A DNA stretch of 61,358 nucleotides, filler included, from Catajapyx aquilonaris (GCA_000934665.2; 2 parts of 2 records of this genome joined end to end with filler, not necessarily neighbours in it), one strand, 5' to 3'; positions 36,101 to 48,567 are shown, counted from the first letter of the whole stretch. A program made the numbers and translations. The notes: generated by a model not told the origin, from the letters alone.

Positions 36101-37740
36101 TTATCTTTATCCCCCCCTCAAATCCACGTTACATATATGCGAGTTGTTTTCCTATCGCTAGTCTCTAATTTTTTATCGTAAAAAGAAGGCGGAAAAGTGT
36201 CATTTTTTGACTAGTTGCCGACGTTACACCGCAAAGTGAATTTTTTATGACACTTTCAGGAGGCCAAAAAAATCCACCTGTGAACCCTGGATAGTGCACA
36301 TCTTTGTCTATCTAATGATATATTTGCAACATTGAGATCGCCATTTCTGTAATCATAATTAAGTTAATTGCACACCTCTGTCATCTCGGCTGTTTATAAT
36401 TCGAATTACTTTGTGGATGTATCGATCGGCAAGCCAGAAATGTGCGTGATAAGATGACATTGTGCTCTATTACACTAAAAATGTTAAAAGTATTGTTTTA
36501 GTAAGTTTAATAGAAAAGGACCCAGCCCACTTTCTGGCGGAAATAGACGGTTATACTTTTAAAAAATTTAGTGTAATAGAGTACAGTGTAATCTTATCAC
36601 GAACATTTCTGGCTTGCCATCGATACATTCGCAAAGTAATTCGGATTATAAACAGCCGAGATAACAGAGGTGTGCAATTAACTTAATTATGATTACAGAA
36701 ATGGCGATTTCTGAGTTTCAAATATATCATTAGATAGACAAAGATGTGCACTATCCAGGGTTCATGGGTGGATTTTTTTGGCCTCCTGAAAGTGTCATAA
36801 AAAATTCACTTTGCGGTGTAACGTCGGCAACTAGTCAAAAAATGACACTTTTCCGCCTTCTTTGTACGATAAAAAATTAGAGACTGGCGATAGGAAAACA
36901 ACTCGCATATATGTAACGTGGATTTAACCAGCTTTCTAACGATACATAGCATTATTTTTTTGGATAATTTACCTGGGAGTTGTTTAGAGTCAAACACATG
37001 GCTCTATATTAAATAAATGGATAGTAGATCTAGCCCAAACTAATCGGTGTATGCTGTTACAGGTGGGCAGTACTCCCTGCAGGCCAGCATGCATGGGTCC
37101 ATGCAGAGAGCGCAGCCAGCAGGAACCTGTTCTACCGTGAGCCAAGATATGTCAAAACATTCCGTAAGTGCAGATTACACAGTCATACAATTGTACTGGT
37201 GCCAGTTTCTCAAGTGATTTTCTTGTGGTTGACAGTACTTCCATCAGGAAAAAGGATTCACATGATCAATGTGAATAATGCTCCATATGTGACAGGGGCG
37301 GAGATCTCCGCACTATTTGTTGAGTGGGGAGGCATGGACCTGCTGGAGGAGATGATGAAGAAGCATGGTGTGGATGTGCCCTGTATGCCTGTCACTCGGA
37401 GTGAAAACCCGGTGCTGCTCAGGCAAATGCACAGGTCAGCCTCAAAGCATCAGATATGAGTTCTGTTATTTAACTGATGAACTTTGCAGGATGATGGTAC
37501 CCGGTAGCTTCCACGTGGCTACCGAAGGTATAACAGATATCGTTATGCTCTACTCGATGTGGTACGTAGGCCAAATGTTGGCACATCTTAATCATCCTAG
37601 TTCTGAAGTAATACAAGCTATTGAGGTAAGTTGGTCTGTTGATTACTGTTTCAATGCTCTACTATTAATTTTTTCACCACACCTTTCAGAACATCTCTGA
37701 GACTTTCAACCACTTAGACGGTTACTGGATGGGATACTGA
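33151..37740 (+). CDS. TDRD5/Tejas-like extended Tudor protein, 11 exons, about 746 aa: 33151-33771, 34069-34298, 34354-34492, 34546-34770, 34840-34950, 35018-35140, 35208-35512, 37063-37163, 37236-37434, 37490-37625, 37690-37740; 5' end uncertain
   Basis: All introns are GT-AG and phase-compatible, giving one open frame to TGA at 37738. Extended Tudor motifs: IEVVEYQSPYVMFF, FEEMMKLMGEFY, GQICAVPYNGVWHRGVI, IRYVDYGT, IRLLRQEYFTLPAQGIRARLCGIKP, VVLLD..LNELMIDMRLA. The segment FEEMM..Y....Y.M.EC.I..G..C.V resembles TDRD5 as I recall it. Globular-looking C-terminal domain RYVKTFLLPSGKRIHMINVNNAPYVTGAEIS. Confidence 0.85.
33319..33645 (+). repeat. 75-bp coding tandem repeat (25-aa Pro-rich unit), about 4 copies
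   Basis: RPPVPPPAPQVDPIQPMLPPSSAPR repeated nearly identically at the DNA level. Confidence 0.95.
34916..35285 (+). repeat. 190-bp tandem duplication spanning exon end, intron and exon start
   Basis: TGAGACTGGCTAAAGAG starts at 34916 and 35106; the second copy has a 9-bp deletion. Confidence 0.95.
35533..37027. mobile_element. Intronic TIR element (about 80-bp TIRs) containing a long fold-back (arms about 36120-36480 and 36567-36924)
   Basis: CTACTATCCGTTTATTTAATATAGAGCC... / ...GGCTCTATATTAAATAAATGGATAGTAG; inner arms AATCCACGTTACATATATGCGAG / CTCGCATATATGTAACGTGGATT. Confidence 0.85.
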
Positions 37741-38478
37741 ACTAAAGGGTGCAGTTCCTACGTGCACTCAGCTGCACAATCATGTGGCAAGGTCTGGACA
37801 GTTCCGCTGTGTTAGGCAGTGAGCTCATTATGGAATGTTATTCAAAGACACTCTTTTTTTGCCGCCCTCTCTTTGGTTGTGAAAAGCCAGGTTATCATTG
37901 TTACTTGAGGTCACAATTCGTCCTGAATTTAATCATGTTCATCTTAGTTCCTTTGTTTTTATCATGAAACATGAGCTGAGATTTTGAGTATTTATTGATA
38001 AGAAGAGATTAACTCCAGTGCACAGTTTACTTTTGAAAGATTTGTATATTCAGTTCAATCTCACTTTAAATCTCACTGCCTGCTTAATTCGCAAGCACGG
38101 GTGAAGTGGGTGGCACCTAGCGGCGACCGCTGCAGTTACAGTCATGGCAGCTGAAAGTGATTCTTGAAGCAGGCCGGGTATGGGGACGAAGCGAAGAATT
38201 AACTTTGGCTTTGGGTGCATGTCGCGTTATGATCGTGCCAAAAAAATACGGCTGTACTTATTCCCGAAGTATTTACTTGCCTGATGGAGGCATGAGAGAT
38301 CGAACCGCATGGGAAAATGTGCCAACACCTATACTTGCACATGACTGAAAGGACACTGGACATGCTGAAAATGAACTTTGTCAAAATATTTGCAGTATAT
38401 CCTTATCTGCATACAGAGTCACAACCAATATGCTCTTATCTCTTCTGCAAAGTAGTGAAAAGGGAAAACAATTGGACC

Positions 38479-40558
38479 TACTCCAGGAGAGATTTTTAAA
38501 AACATAAATTTTCGTGTTGCTTTTGCATGTTGGAATTACCCTATTTCAGACTTCGATGAAATTTAATACCTGTATTTGAACTTCATGTTGGTTTTATTAT
38601 TTTAGAGATTTCTGGCATACCGACTGCTGATAATGTTGACCCAGAAAATATGTACCCGTCCTTTACAATTTTAATATAGCCAATGGCTAATTCCACGCGT
38701 GACTTACACGACATGACACTCAGTTTATGCCTAACTTTTAAATTTTTAAACCACAAACGTAGCATTTAAGGAAAGGGTGTTTAGACCTAAATATGCACTT
38801 TGTATCTAAGTGTTAATTAATGTTTTGATTTTAACAGTTGCACATTTCATTTGAGTTATATAAATATATAAAGGAATGTGTGACTTACACGACAAGAAAG
38901 CCACTGGTAACGGAGGCTTCAGATATGAATGTAAAATTCTTCACAGTTATGACTTAATTGTTAGTGTTATTGTAGGGAAGATATTTTCAAAGACCCAAAT
39001 TAAAATAATATTATGTGAACTTGGTGTTATGTTATTAATTTTACAAGAAATAAATTTTTTCTTTTGTGACTTACACGACACTCGAAACGTGACTTACACG
39101 ACACTTTTGTCCTCATTGCTTTCTAATCAGATTTATGAGAAGGATTTTAGATTTTTAGGACAGAAACAAAGTAATCTCTCTTATTACATGTTATTTTATT
39201 CAAACATTTAAATGATAGGCCTAGATGAGAATGTGCAGGGCAACAATTCTTATAATTAACATTATTTTGAACATGACTGTAGAATGCATGTATAATGTGT
39301 GTACCTGAGCAGACAGCAGTGGATTCATTGCATTGCCATGTGAGATGGCCAGGTGTGATACCTGATGGTCATCGCTGGCCATCCTGTCATGGAATACAAT
39401 GAATACGTGAAAGCGGATTGTGTATGTAGGTTACTACAATGTATGTAGTCCATGTGTGTGTATAAAATGGTCTATAAATTGGTATAACTTGCCCAACAAA
39501 GCATGTAGTGAGTTCTCTACATTACATTTGCAGTCAAGTCAAAATAAACAATATAAAACGCAAGAATGGAAGCATTGGAAATAAGAGAATATTCTAGTTC
39601 ATAATGTCCAAGTGTACTGAAATAATGAGATTTTCTTAGTCAGGATAATAAACAACTTCTTTTCTAGTAGGAGTTCACATTTCATCAAGCGTAGCTATTC
39701 TTCATTCAATGTCCTTTGATTCAATGAATATAATATTAATATTTGGATAAACTCTATGGGCAACTTCTGCAAATTCTCCAGCTGCGTTTGGATCAAACTG
39801 TCTGGCATTGATGGCTTCTCAAACTCTACATTTTATCTTCAAAGCATCTCTCTCACTAAAAGTCACAATTTTTTTAAAATCACACCTGTATTTTTGCCTT
39901 TCCAAAGCACTTATCTAGGACAGCTCTTACTTCTCTTCTTGCTTTAACTATGACATTTGCTTTTTCTTCCATTCCACTACTGTAAGTTCCATTTTAACAG
40001 CCGGGAAACAATAGTGACAGTGGCATCCAAGCCGAAGTGTGACTTACACGACAAGAATTAAATGGCCATAATAATGTTCAGGCAAAAATTACCTCAAACT
40101 TATTACTATTATTTGAAGGGTCCTACTGTGTAGTGAGATGGTAATTAATATCAACTTTTAGATTTTGGTACTATAGCTAAAAATTTAAAAAAGGTCTAAA
40201 AACTGTGACTTACACGACACACAAAGATGGTATTTAAACTTGCTAAGTTTTATGCTGAATAAGTCATTGCAATGGAAAGATAAACATATAGTACATTCAT
40301 CCAGTTCTTATGAGATAGAAATCACAGTTTACTGCATGAAAAACACTAGATTACTTGTTGAATTATGAAGATTTTTATGGAGACTTAGAACAAAAAAATT
40401 TGCACACCCGCCATATTTGAAATAAACAGTGTTGTTAACTTGAATGTATGCGAAAATTCTCTAATATCTGTTGAAAAATAAAAAATACAGAATCTCAGCT
40501 TTCAGAAAATATCTTAATATCATAGAAATTATTTATTTTAAAATCTGACCCTGATGTA
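38479..40558. mobile_element. Decayed non-autonomous DNA transposon with six GTGACTTACACGAC boxes
   Basis: Imperfect TIRs TACTCCAGGAGAGATTTTTAAAA / TTTTAAAATCTGACCCTGATGTA; boxes at 38699, 38880, 39066, 39089, 40039, 40205. Confidence 0.6.
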
Positions 40559-42198
40559 TACTTTTGCATGGAATTAGCCCAATACTATAATGAATTGACT
40601 TCACTAATTTGGCTAAAATTGCTATAAAATGTCCAAAATGCATCATAAGTTCAGGTGTTGCATTTACCCCATCTGCAGTAAATAAAACTCTAACTGACCC
40701 CCTCCCTATGATATTGCATTCCCCTACGGGGTAATTCTGACACTTGTTGGGAAAAAGTTCGTTTAAATTTAATCCGCAATTTTTTCCCATATAAATAAAT
40801 TGAAAAGAAAAGAGCTTCTCATTAGTGATGATTTCAGATTCCATATTGTGCAATATTGTACTTTAGAGACAGTGTGAAAAAAGTTACATCCGATGTTGCA
40901 AATAGGCCTACCACGTCTCACCCTAGATATTTTAAAATTATAAATGATGCGCTTGATTCTCCTCTTTTACGAAACATACGTATATTAATATTCCGTATTT
41001 TAGAGATACACAATAACATTCAAAAACCACCATCGACATCGCAGAAGAGGTGGGCGGCAGTATACTTACAGACGACCGCCAGCTCCGATCGGAAATGATA
41101 ATGTACAGTACTCCGGAGTCCGGACCATGCATGTTTATTGTTGAGGGGTTTGGAAATGTCATAATTGAATTTCTCGACCCTGAAAACGTAGGAAATGACA
41201 CTAGAGCGGCCATCGCAACTCAACAGACAACAGGTATGCCGAAAACACCCAATTTTTTATATTACGCCCTTTTAAAACCTTTGTGCGACTGTACAAAAAT
41301 TCATCGAAACTTTCATTGGCAGCTACAACCCTGAAAACACTACATACGGGGCACACATACGGTGCCTGGAACGCTGGAAAAAAATTATATCGCTTTTGGC
41401 TCGAAGTACATAATACTTTCAATAAGCCACCGTACTAGGAAACCCAGGAAACCGCTCCCACTTGAACCTGTTTGCTCCGCCATCTTGGCCGACTGCAGCG
41501 CCAACTATAGGCACCCGTGCTTGCGAATTGGTCCAAGTCTTGTCCAAGTCTTGTCCAAGTTATAAATTGGAGTGAATTTGATCTGTTGCCCCACAGCACA
41601 GGTGGGATGGGATCATCCTTGACTGTTAGTGCTAATTGAAACTACGCCACTCTGCCCTCCCATATCTGTACGTAAGGGTTTAGTAACCTGTGTTTAGTTT
41701 TCTGTTGGTTTATGAAAATTGAATGAAAGTGAGGGTTTTTTTCCCCTACAACCGTAAGTTGCAATATCCATGTTAAGCATAAGTGAGTTGCATTGCAGTC
41801 ATGAATAGTGGCAGCTATTTTGAGTGTCTTAGGTTAGGTTGAATCTTCGCTGTTTTTTAACACTTTGACGCCTGAGTTATTTAGGATGTTTTAGTCTCTT
41901 TTTGAAAAAAAAAATCTAGTAGGAGTAATATTAATGAAAAGCAATATGCTCCAATATTTATCATTTCAACTCATGGTGGTCCTTTTGAATGTAAAATGGC
42001 GAAAAAATTCATCTGCTGGGTGTTCCAGAAAAAAAAAATTAAAGTGCAATGAACTTTTAACGTAATTAAATTTATTAAAATTTTTTAAAGTTACTATAAA
42101 ATTGTTACTATGGTTACATAATACTACTAAGTTTGTACTTTGAGCAATTCCTACGAGTCCAGACGCCGCATGTTGTCAAAAACTTTCAGGCCGGAGGG

Positions 42199-42614
42199 CA
42201 GAGTGTACTCAGTACACAGACGTATACGACTGTCTTCCTAGGCACCAGAGGATCAACTTATGTAGAGGAGTCATTTTGTCTGGGCCGCCTCATTACTGAG
42301 ATAATTGCCATCAAACATGTAATACAAAATATCCTGTCGGGTAGGCCACCCATCGAACCCTCCCCCAGTCAGAAGGATTAATGGTGATTATGATTGTAGT
42401 TTCAATTTCTTCTGAATGTCGCTGCTAATTTTGAAGAGCACTGGCACTTTCACTGCTATTTACAAATCACTCTTTATCCAAATCGCTAACTATCAGGTGG
42501 GTAAATTATCTCAGTAATGAGGCGGCCCAGACATAATGACTCCTCTACATAAGTCGTCTGGTGCCTAGGAAGACAGTAATATATGTCTGTGTACTGAGTA
42601 CAGATACACCCTGT
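42199..42614. mobile_element. Tc1/mariner-like MITE with about 100-bp inverted arms
   Basis: GTACTCAGTACACAGAC...TGGGCCGCCTCATTACTGAGATAATT inverted at 42504-42601; right end CACCCTGTA. Confidence 0.7.
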
Positions 42615-43294
42615 AGTATAACTGCCATGTGTAACTTGTAGTAGTAGAAGATGGAATACAAGCATATTCCACCAAATCTCCAGATGTGGAAGCAATTTCC
42701 AGACGGGCTATCTGGATTGGTTGGAGCAAAGTGGTACCATTTGTACATATTGCCCTGGAATTCTATAGTTGTACTATTTATGGACCTATGTCAATACACG
42801 GATTTTAAGTTGTACAGATTTTTGTTATTACAGTGAAACCTGCCCATTACTGACCCTGGATATAGTGGAAACCTATCCATTGCCGAGTTTTTCTGGGCAC
42901 GGCGTATGCATAGGACATGCAATGTATTTTTTGACGGATGTTACGGAACCTGCCCAATGCGGAAATGGAAGGGATTTTAGTCTCCCTTCAGATATAATCT
43001 CTGTTCATAATGAAAATCAAAAGGTTCACATTATCTCCTACGAGTCACAAAAATAGAAACTACAGCCAGGTTCACTCTCGGCCCTCCCAGGAGGCCTCTC
43101 AGTAACCCATTTTGGACCATCTGACACCATCCTGTGTCTCATAATTACTGGAATTGCTATCGGTCTGTGGCCTTGACTATATTTGTGAGGAGAGGGGACT
43201 ATTTTTGGTTGGAAAACAGAAATATGGCTTTGGGGGGCCCAAGAAGATTGTGACTCGTGATTCGTAGATGCCACGCCTTCAAGTTTACTGCACC

Positions 43295-44167
43295 TGTTAC
43301 AGTTCGCGAATCGCTAGAGATTTGCGAATCTGATTGGGATTAAGGATAGGTCAGGGAATCAGGATTGGGTAGGTTCGGTGCCAATCGTGTACTCCATGAC
43401 AGGAGGGGATCAGGGGCACTCGAATCACAGCGAGAGTTGATCATGTGAACTTTTATTATCAGGTAAATCAATAACCACTGTAGGTACTGTGGGGGTCAAA
43501 TTGCTTTGGCCACTTTATCCTGGTCTTGAAGCAACCCTTCACACACACACTGACACCTGCTCAACGTGGGGCCTGTGCAAAAGGTTGCTTCATGACAATT
43601 TGAGCCCCGTAGTACGTACAGGACACTAACATAGGATGACCACACTGCTTCTGGCCGGACATGCCAGGACCTCCACTGGCAGCGCGTGCATGAAACTGAC
43701 ACCCTCATACTCACTCCCCGACGTCGGCTTCTTGGGGTCCGGGAGATAGCTCGGGATATATGTTCCTCTTCTTGCTCCTATCCGCTCTGCTCTGGACTGC
43801 GTTCTCTGTCTTCACTCCTCCGATCCTTTGGCTTCCGCATGGCCCCTACAGGTTCTGGCCCTTTCTAGCCTCCTGCTGCTTCTCTGCTCTGCTCTGGACC
43901 GAGATCTGGTTCTGACTCTCGTGCTGTGTCCTCTTCTCTTGTCTGCTCCAGACTGTCTGCTTGACTGCTCGACTAGACTGGACTGGACTGGACTGGACTC
44001 CTGTTGTCCATCTTTGGTTCCCTTTTATAATTATTGCCTTACAAGGTCCTCTTGTCATTCTGGCTTGTTTTCGGTTTGGGGACCAAAGATAGCATTACTC
44101 TTATTTTCTGTTTTCGCTTTCTGCTCTCTGGGGAGTTCAGGGTCATAGGGCCTCCATTACCGTTACA
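43295..44167 (-). mobile_element. Solo LTR, gypsy-like
   Basis: TG...CA ends (TGTAAC...GTAACA on minus), 4-bp TSD CACC, minus-strand TATAAAA near 44025 followed by AGTC repeats, AATAAA near 43455. Confidence 0.75.
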
Positions 44168-44214
44168 CACCATCCAGTTTTAAAATGTTGGAGAAGAGGA
44201 AAGGGTTGACACAG

Positions 44215-45500
44215 TGTTGTATTATGTATCCATGGTAGTGATTGTTGATTAAAGTGATTAGATGACATTCCCAAAGCCAAGTCGAGTCTTTGAGTAGCTC
44301 CCTGATAACACAACATGGTGGCAGTGGTACAAGTGGTACAAGGTTTCTGGGTCGTCGTGAGTAACATCACGGGGACTTCGCTCCATTAGACGTTGAAGTT
44401 GCAAGTTGACTGGCGGGGGACAGTGCAAATCCTGTTGCTGGAGTTGCTGGAGTTCCAGGCATTTTGAATATGGCAGCCTATTATCAAGTTCCTCCCCCAG
44501 AACCATTCGCATTTTCTGCACCGTCGGAGTGGCCAAGGTGGCGCCGACGTTTTGAACTGTTCCGACTCGCCGCAGGTCTTCATCATAAGACGGCAGAGGA
44601 GCAGGTAAACACATTGATATACTCCATGGGGGATGCAGCGGATGACATATTACTGTCATTCGGGCTCAACTGATCAGCTGAAAGACATTGATACGGTCTT
44701 GGCCAAATTCGAAGGTCATTTTGTGATTGGACGGAATGTCATTTTTGAGAGAGCTCGATTCAATAGCCGAGTTCAGGGAGATGCTGAGTCAGTAGATGAA
44801 TTCATCACAGCCCTTCACGCCCTAGCCGAGCATTGTGGCTATGCGGCTCTTCACGATGAAATTATAAGAGACCGACTCGTTGTGGGTCTTAGAGATAGGA
44901 GGCTATCAGAACAGTTGCAGTTAGATGCCAACCTAACTCTTAAAAAAGCCATGGACAGGGCTCGTCAGTCGGAAGAAATCAAGAGGCAACAGTTCCAGTT
45001 GGATGGGGGCATGGATAGCACTCCGAATATTGATCGAGTTATCATTCCTGAACATCATAAACAAGGGGCACAGAAAAGAAGCATTTTACACCTCGTCGCC
45101 AGGGTGATGTTACGACAGAGAAAGGCCAACAATGTGCTTGTGTTTGGTGTGGGGGCCAGAGTTTGCATGGCAAGGAGAACTGTCCTGCTCGTCAAGCGAC
45201 GTGCAAGAAATGTCAAAAGAAAGGACACTTTGCTCGCGTTTGCCGCGATAGAAATCAAATTCACGAAATTGAGGAGACTGACACCGACTTCTTGGGTGCA
45301 GTTGTAGACACTGCACATGATTACACGGATTGGCACGTGACTCTTCGATTCCACAAGTCACTTGTCCGTTTCAAGATTGACACTGGGGCCGACGCCACGG
45401 CTCTACCAGAGAGTTGCTACAGGGAACATTTCAAAACCCTTCCGCTTCTTGCTCCGCGGAAGCATCTCTGTGGACCTGACCGTCGAGGACTCCATGTACT
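44215..45500 (+). mobile_element. 3'-truncated Mag-like Ty3/gypsy retrotransposon: 101-bp LTR (44215-44315), PBS, gag-protease relic
   Basis: LTR TGTTGTATTAT...ATAACACAACA containing ATTAAA, followed directly by PBS-like TGGTGGCAG. Confidence 0.8.
44470..45500 (+). pseudogene. Frameshifted gag (two Zn knuckles) plus aspartic protease; no RT or integrase
   Basis: PPEPFAF..PSEWPRWRRRFELFR, FERARFNSRVQ..ESVDEFITAL, CPARQATCKKCQKKGHFARVC, VRFKIDTGADAT; frameshifts near 44670 and 45070. Confidence 0.9.
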
Positions 45501-45759
45501 CAACATATTGCCAGAGTCCGGATTTATGGTCCAATAGAGCAGGCAATAGCCCAAAAACTTGGTGTGGCAAAATTGAGTTTCAAATGGGTGCAGGTGGCTG
45601 GAAAGTTTCCGCAGCAGCCACACAATTTCGTGGAAAACTGTGTTTGGTGATGCAAGCATCGTGTCATGAATCTTGAAGAAGTAGAAAATTGGAAGGGGAA
45701 AGTGCTGGGGAGAATTATTTGTCTGGGCTATTCCAAGGATGACATTTTCAACTGCCTTT

Positions 45760-45760
45760 A

Positions 45761-45827
<67 letters not shown>
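45760..45827. repeat. (AAT)n microsatellite
   Basis: Direct reading. Confidence 0.95.
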
Positions 45828-45828
<1 letters not shown>

Positions 45829-47999
45829 GAGAGATGCAAGCCAGGTATTTCCACAAAAATGTAGCAGGGCAGGGTCTTCCTTGATCTTCGAAGCCCAACA
45901 AGCAAAATCGCTGAAACCCTTTCTTTAAGTAGTTTAAGGGTCTAAATACATACAGATCTACTGTGGATTGATTTTGCACCATATTGAAAGGTAAGGTGTT
46001 TATTTTTGCTCTCCTCTTTCTCACTGGCAATAAATCTCAGTAATGTACTTGATCTGAATATAGAGGAAACATGTCCATTACGAAAAAAATTTAGGGACCT
46101 TTGGGATTCCACAACACACAGGTTTCACTGTATTTTAATCTCAAGTGAAAAATTGTAAACATACTGCATCTTAATACGTAATTTAAGCTTTTAAATGCTA
46201 AGAAGTACCTGAAGTTTTGGTCTGGCTTTAGTGTGTTTTGATGTGAGCTACATTTGTTTCTTGGCAGATAAAAATATGGCATTCGGTGTCGTGCCCTACT
46301 TGCTCAGTCATGTCTGGAATTATTAGGTGCTGGAGATGCTGGATCTTTTCACTATACACATTGTTCTTGACGATTCGCAGGAAAAACAGTTGCCTCATCC
46401 GCAAAAACAATAGTTTCGTTATCATCAAAGAACGGATTTCTAGGTTCTAAAAAAACTCTTAAATAGGTAGACATTTAGGTCATGAAAACAGTTAAAAGAG
46501 CCTCTTGAATAGGCATTACAAATCAAGCAGGTCTTAATTTATTTTCAGTCCCATGCATTACAGCCTATACTCTTGGCCACATACGGTAATTTTGCAACAC
46601 AGTAACAAATTAGCAGTAGTTGTTCCATATTTTAGTTTTTACTGTTATTATTTGTCGGTGATGCCTGTGTGACAGTGCAACTTTATACGCTGAAAATGAC
46701 CTAGTATAGTACTCCGAAAATTCCACCCATTGTTTTCAGAAAGGAGACTTTATGAGCAGTAAATTGGAAAATGCTTGGGTATAAGACCTCTGCTACAGCT
46801 TAATTCAATTGGTGAAGGTCTTACGTTAACCTGCCTTGTTTCAGTACTTTCATTCCACCACGGAGGTCTTACTACCCTTTTTTACTGAAGGGAATGTTTT
46901 ATTTGTTCTTATTTCAAATTACAGTAAAACTGATATAAGTCGAATCTGCATGGGACAGGATAACTTCGAGTTAGAGAATAAGTTTTGAATTTTTTAAGCG
47001 TACATATCCAGCGATGAAAGGTGTTCAAAACTTAAAAATAGCTGTCACTATCACACTATACTATGCTCACTTGACAGCCGTTCTCATTCATCTCAGCTCG
47101 TATTTTACGAAAGCACCATTCCCTGTAGAGTGTAGACTAGACTGACTATAGCCAGCTATAGCATAATAGTATTACACGTGCCGTGTATATGAGCCAAGTT
47201 CACATAAGACCCAATAGATGGCAAGTCAAAGCCTTTCGTGCGTATTCACCCAGCCTTACATTGCCTGGTCCGTCCATGGCCCGTCCTGATCCTCGGATAC
47301 TCGTAGCTCTGGTGGTGATATACAAAAGTTCAAGTGAATAGCAAATATCTCTGGTCCGCTCTGGCGTGGCTCTGGTCCACAGATTCAAGAAGCAAAATAG
47401 CCACAGCCACGGGGCGTCACAGCATTACTAATAAAATGATAGAAACCGTTGTCACCAATGACATAATTATATATTGCAGGCCTATACTAGCAGGGAACTC
47501 GTTTTTCGTACGGGGATAAATGGGAGAAATTTAAAAACCTGCATATATCCTCCTGAGACCTGATGTCCAATATATTGGACATGTGGACAAACAGTTTCTG
47601 GACGCTGGACCGGATGCATCAAAATGATCAAAGTTCTTGAGGTTATAAAGGGATCGATCGTGTCTATTTTCGAAATGTAATAATCAAAAAAGTAACAAAA
47701 TCATTTCCGGGAAAAGAGAACAATCGTGATTCGCAGTTATAACGTATAACGTGTTCAACAGTGTAGCCTACATCTAAATCTGCAGAGCACAACACAAAAA
47801 AGCAAAGACAACCAGACGACATTGAACTCCAAAGCAAGACATCTTCGCCTAACTCTGGTACACATTTCTTTTCGTCGAAGCATACCTGATGGGTTCAGAG
47901 AATTTTAGAACTCGTTCATAGGCCTACACCACGGCCTACACCTTTAAACTTATGTACAACCATTTTATGCTCTGACATGCCATATTTATACCGATACGT

Positions 48000-48333
48000 G
48001 GGGAGGCGGAGTGGTGCGGCGGTAACGTATGCGCCCACGGATGTTAAGGTCCCGGGTTCGATCCCAGCCCGGGGACACCCCCTTCATCTCGTGCAGAGTT
48101 CAGGGTCACCTCTGGCTTCGTCTCGGGTGGTATTTCCACAGATTAAACCACCCGGGGGAGTTCACTAAAAATGGCAACGGATAACGGATAAGACATTGCA
48201 CTGCACCTTGCACATCCCCTCCTGTCATCCTGCCCGTGGGCCCGGGCGTTACGTATAAAGGCTCCAAATGTACTTGACATAATAAATAAAGGTCCGTGCT
48301 GCATACCTCAGATGAGGTCAAGCACTACCCCGG

Positions 48334-48397
<64 letters not shown>
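48000..48397 (+). mobile_element. tRNA-derived SINE with (ATT)n tail
   Basis: A box TGGTGCGGCGG, B box GGTTCGATCC, long ATT tail, 14-bp TSD TTATACCGATACGT. Confidence 0.9.
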
Positions 48398-48402
<5 letters not shown>

Positions 48403-48431
48403 CCGATACGTTGACAAAGTAGTGTCGTACC

Positions 48432-48567
48432 CAAGGGGTTAGCAACTCCCCAAAAAAGTGTACACCAGATCCTGGAACCGGGGGGTTCCACCCGGTTTCA
48501 GGCCGGTTCCACCTGATTCCTTGGCCAGTGTGTACACCGGTTCCAGGGAGTTGCTAACCCCTTATTG
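48432..48567. mobile_element. Compact MITE with 8-bp TSD (hAT/P-like)
   Basis: CAAGGGGTTAGCAACTCCC / GGGAGTTGCTAACCCCTTATTG; TSD GTCGTACC. Confidence 0.8.

Noticed and set aside
30642..37740. A piRNA-pathway gene functionally coupled to an adjacent repeat cluster
   Set aside because: Adjacency crosses an artificial linker, so it cannot be supported from this sequence
40850..41760. Gene start near CCGCCATCTTGG at about 41477
   Set aside because: No coherent exon chain or recognisable peptide found; could equally be a TE remnant
45417..46030. Poly-Tyr and poly-Ile ORFs
   Set aside because: Microsatellite translations
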